A stretch of 64,000 nucleotides of DNA from Raillietiella orientalis (lineage: Eukaryota). How positions within the stretch are numbered: position 1 is the first letter of the stretch; each line of letters starts with the position of its first letter. Positions 60,981 through 64,000 of the stretch are shown one piece after another. The notes under the pieces were generated by a model that was given only the letters and a program-made list of their open reading frames with translations, searched no databases and was not told where the DNA came from. The stretch is taken from positions 2,852,001 to 2,916,000 of the forward strand of contig JAYWIR010000003.1 in NCBI GenBank assembly GCA_036172245.1. The letters run 5' to 3'. A program made the translations under genes and the position numbers.

Positions 60981-62499
60981 GATTTACCAAAAAACTGGGA
61001 CCACTGCTGCCCCAGGGGTGAGATAAAAATGAAAATTCGTGGGTACGTGTCGCATTTGCGTTTCCAGCAAAAAGGGAATCACTGATCATGAAACTGCTGT
61101 TTACTCACAAAGGCGGGATGAATTTTTTTAATCCCATGCAGAGCCCGTCGGTCAGCCGTAACCGAGAACGAACGCTCTCGTGCTTCTTACATCGTAAATG
61201 TCAAATTTCGTCTGTGTTCGGAAACCGAAAAATTCAATTTCATTTTAAATGGACAGTCGTTGGAGGACAACAGGCTCTCACAAAAATCAGGACTGAGAAA
61301 GTCTCATAATGCCTGGGGAAGGAAATAATTCTTAATTGATTGATGGCGGCATGCCTTTTCCTTCTTCTTTTTTTTTCTTTCTGCTGGATAAGAACACCGA
61401 TGATCACCTCCTATCGAATATTAGCAAATTATCTAAATTAGTTCCAAATCCAGGGTGAGCAAGGTATTCTTGAACATGAGGCATCAAGTTCCATGCATGA
61501 CCTCAATGAAACGCATCCATCATGCTTTGTCAAAAGCATTTCTATCATGAGCTAATCAGCATGATGTCTTGGAATACTTCTACGCGCGGCATGTAATTAT
61601 CGTGTAATTACATGATATTCCTTAGCATGGGATGATCTTTGTATGTAACATGCTTCAAGGCGGAGGTTTAACTGGTTTTAAGAAAACTCACGTCGCGCGG
61701 AAGAAGTCAGATTGTTTTAAGCTCGCTGTACGCGTGAAACACCTCATGAGGATGGAGACCATCGATGGACCATACTCTGTTCATATAGAGGAACAAAAAA
61801 TTGATTCCGAACTATCACATTCGATTTCCTTCCCAAGAAACTGAATCTTGGATCTTCGATTCAGGGAGCACATTAGCAAGGAAGATTTGGAAACTGCCAA
61901 CAAATGGCAGTTTCCAAATCTCCCATAATGAACTTGACTTGACTGCTAATATTTGTACACTACTACTGTGACGTCGAGTTTGACCGATATAACCTTATTA
62001 ATAAAGGAAAACAAAAGCTTCTTACATGTAGTAAAAGCTGTCCACGTCCTCTACAAATGGCATCACCATTAGGATCCATCATGAAGGTGATGTTTTGCTA
62101 ACGGCACGATCTGGTGTCGAGTTTCCAACTCCAAGATGTGGAAAGCTTTCACGACATCACATAATTTAAATGGAAGCACGTAGCTGCAACACATGTAAAA
62201 TGAACACGCATTCGTACACCTTTCTGCACTCTGCGGGCATCAGTGGAACGAAACGCACATAGAATCCATTGCTTTTCGGAGGCCTATTTGAAAAGCTTTC
62301 CCCATCGTGAACGTTGCCTATAAAAATCCGTCAAGATTTTCACATTCGCAGCCAGTCATCAGGTTGAAGACTGAGATGTGAGCCCGATCTCTTCCTGGGG
62401 TTTGAGTGCTGAGAATGACACCGGGAATTGGATTCGACGGGCATACGCGAACATGGGGGGAAGAAAATCACTTTTCAAGCCTATGCAGTGTGAGGATCC

Positions 62500-63120
62500 C
62501 TCGTTGCGAAACATCCGGATCGAGGGGAAACTGTCCTGAGTTCGTCTGCATCGGGCTTGGGGGCATTTCGTACTTAACGGCAACCTCCTTCGGTTCGCTG
62601 ATGACGGACTGATCCACATGGGGTCGCGATTCAACCCTTTGCCTCTGAAGGCACCGCTCGCCGGATCCGACTGCTGACCGTCTGTGCAGGAAGGTGGGCA
62701 AGATGGGAAGAGTCCCTAAGCCACATCCTCAACAGATGCGCCAACAGTTGGACTGCGACCACGGAGAGGCATGGCGCGTCGAGGACCTGGATCAAGAAGG
62801 TCATTCCATCCAGACCATGCCGGGAACAAACTCGAAGGTTAAACCAGATTTTATTGCTACGAGAAGAAGGGAAGGCAGTCACACTGGACATGGTTTGCCC
62901 TCACACGTATGCACCAACAGCGCGGGAACAGACAAGGCGGAAGGAGAGTGAGTATCGAGGATTGAATCCCAGCATCGACTCCAAAGCAATGCCCGCTGCT
63001 GTAAGTAGGCTCAGCTGCCGCAGAATAGCTGGGATCTTGGGTTTCAACAAGTGAGGCAATGAAGATTCCTAAAGAAACAGCCTCATGCATAAGAAAGGGT
63101 TGTTGCCTTCGAACACGGAA
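62500..63120 (+). mobile_element. Decayed 3' part of a restriction-like-endonuclease non-LTR retrotransposon (Utopia/NeSL-like)
   Basis: KHPDRG (KPDQG); LNGNLLRFADDGLIH..RFNPLPL (GxFTRFADWRFIHRARLNxxPL); DRLCRKVG..ESLSHILNRC....TERH (CCHC knuckle plus RHN); PGTNSKVKPDFI, KAVTLDMVCP, RRKESEYRGL and IAGILG (PD-D REL motifs). Confidence 0.75.
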
Positions 63121-63499
63121 CACCCCCCGTTTGCCTAATGGGAACGTGAGGCGTGCTGCCTCACGTAGGGAAAGAACCGCAGGATAGGGCAGAAGAAGCT
63201 GGTGGAAGCTCTCTCTTCCACTTGTTCAGACACCTTTTCACTACAACACTATGTGTACAAAATTTGAATGAAAGCAAGCACCTTCGGTGTTTTGTCAATG
63301 ATCATAAGAATGAGCTGAAATGCTGAATTTTAAGACTCGAAACTTTAAAGGAAAAGCATTTACATTTACACACGTAAAAGGTAATGTACAAGTGTGAATG
63401 TAAAAGTAACATGTGTAAGTGCTAGTGCTCTCGACTCGAGGGCGCTCGAGGGTAAGATCACTTAAATTCTCGTGCTTTGAGACTTCTCAAAAGCTGGCC

Positions 63500-63760
63500 A
63501 AAATGATCACTCCATAATCCATCAATGCATCGCTTTCTGTATAGCATATCTTCCGAAAAAAGGTATGCTCTCGCCTTCAGAGATACGAATTCTGGAAAAC
63601 GTCCACAGTAATCAACGAGGCAAAACAACCGTAAAGAATTCGGACTCTGCATCTCCTGTTCCATCCTCAGCTTCTTGGTAAGCTACCCAACACTTGTAGG
63701 GTGATTCTTCTCAGTATTCGAGTCTGAATTTAGTAAGCATTTCCTCTGCTAAGACATCGA
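63500..63760 (-). mobile_element. Possible decayed LINE C-terminal region
   Basis: EMLTKFRLE resembles the LTKFRxSxHxL motif that precedes the C-terminal zinc knuckle of some LINE clades; downstream match is weak. Confidence 0.22.
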
Positions 63761-64000
63761 TTCTCCAAGGACCAGGTGAGATGATGACTCCACTCTGCGT
63801 TTGTGCACAACAAACCCTGTTCTGAGAACAACCTCTGATTCTGAGTAAGCGGAATCTCTCTTTTAAAAGTGCTGGGCAATTCTCATCGAACAAGACACTG
63901 AGGACCACACGCACCGGCTGCACATGTAGTACGTCTCCAGCTAGGTGCAAGTACAATGTAAGATCTTTGGGTAGAAAATCGAGGGAAACCGGGACGTATC

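Noticed and set aside
1..64000. A complete novel multi-gene system (defence island, operon, intact autonomous element), or the Hox-cluster miRNAs miR-10, miR-196 and iab-4
   Set aside because: There is no intact enzyme-coding ORF; all TE-like coding remnants are heavily disrupted, and I did not see those mature miRNA sequences by eye.

Overview
Eukaryotic, probably invertebrate animal, genomic DNA: background GC is moderate, CpG is not obviously depleted, and there are many poly-A/T runs and microsatellites. There is no prokaryotic gene organisation, and no CRISPR, rRNA or confident tRNA. The only convincing host coding sequence is a 1,399-nt first coding exon on the minus strand (23045->21647). 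It encodes a low-complexity, transcription-factor-like N-terminus (Ala20, Gly10, Ser/Pro/Tyr-rich) and ends at a phase-1 GT donor; I could not find its DNA-binding-domain exon(s) or name the gene. The exon sits in a ~10.5-kb very GC/CpG-rich domain with a microsatellite-filled leader, a plausible core promoter near 24058 and homeodomain-site clusters. No transposon fossils are recognisable from ~13.4 to ~27.9 kb. The flanks are full of heavily decayed mobile elements, recognised from frameshifted motif remnants: many RTE-like and CR1/L2-like LINE fragments, two Ty3/gypsy pol remnants, a hAT transposase fossil and a Utopia/NeSL-like REL retroelement 3' end. Other structures are an 87-bp x5 minisatellite, a 21-bp minisatellite with a divergence gradient, a LINE-derived ~300-bp inverted repeat with an unusually well-paired core, and several short near-perfect palindromes. 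All family assignments are by-eye comparisons with remembered consensus motifs, not database searches, and TE boundaries are approximate. I found no evidence of a complete novel multi-gene system.
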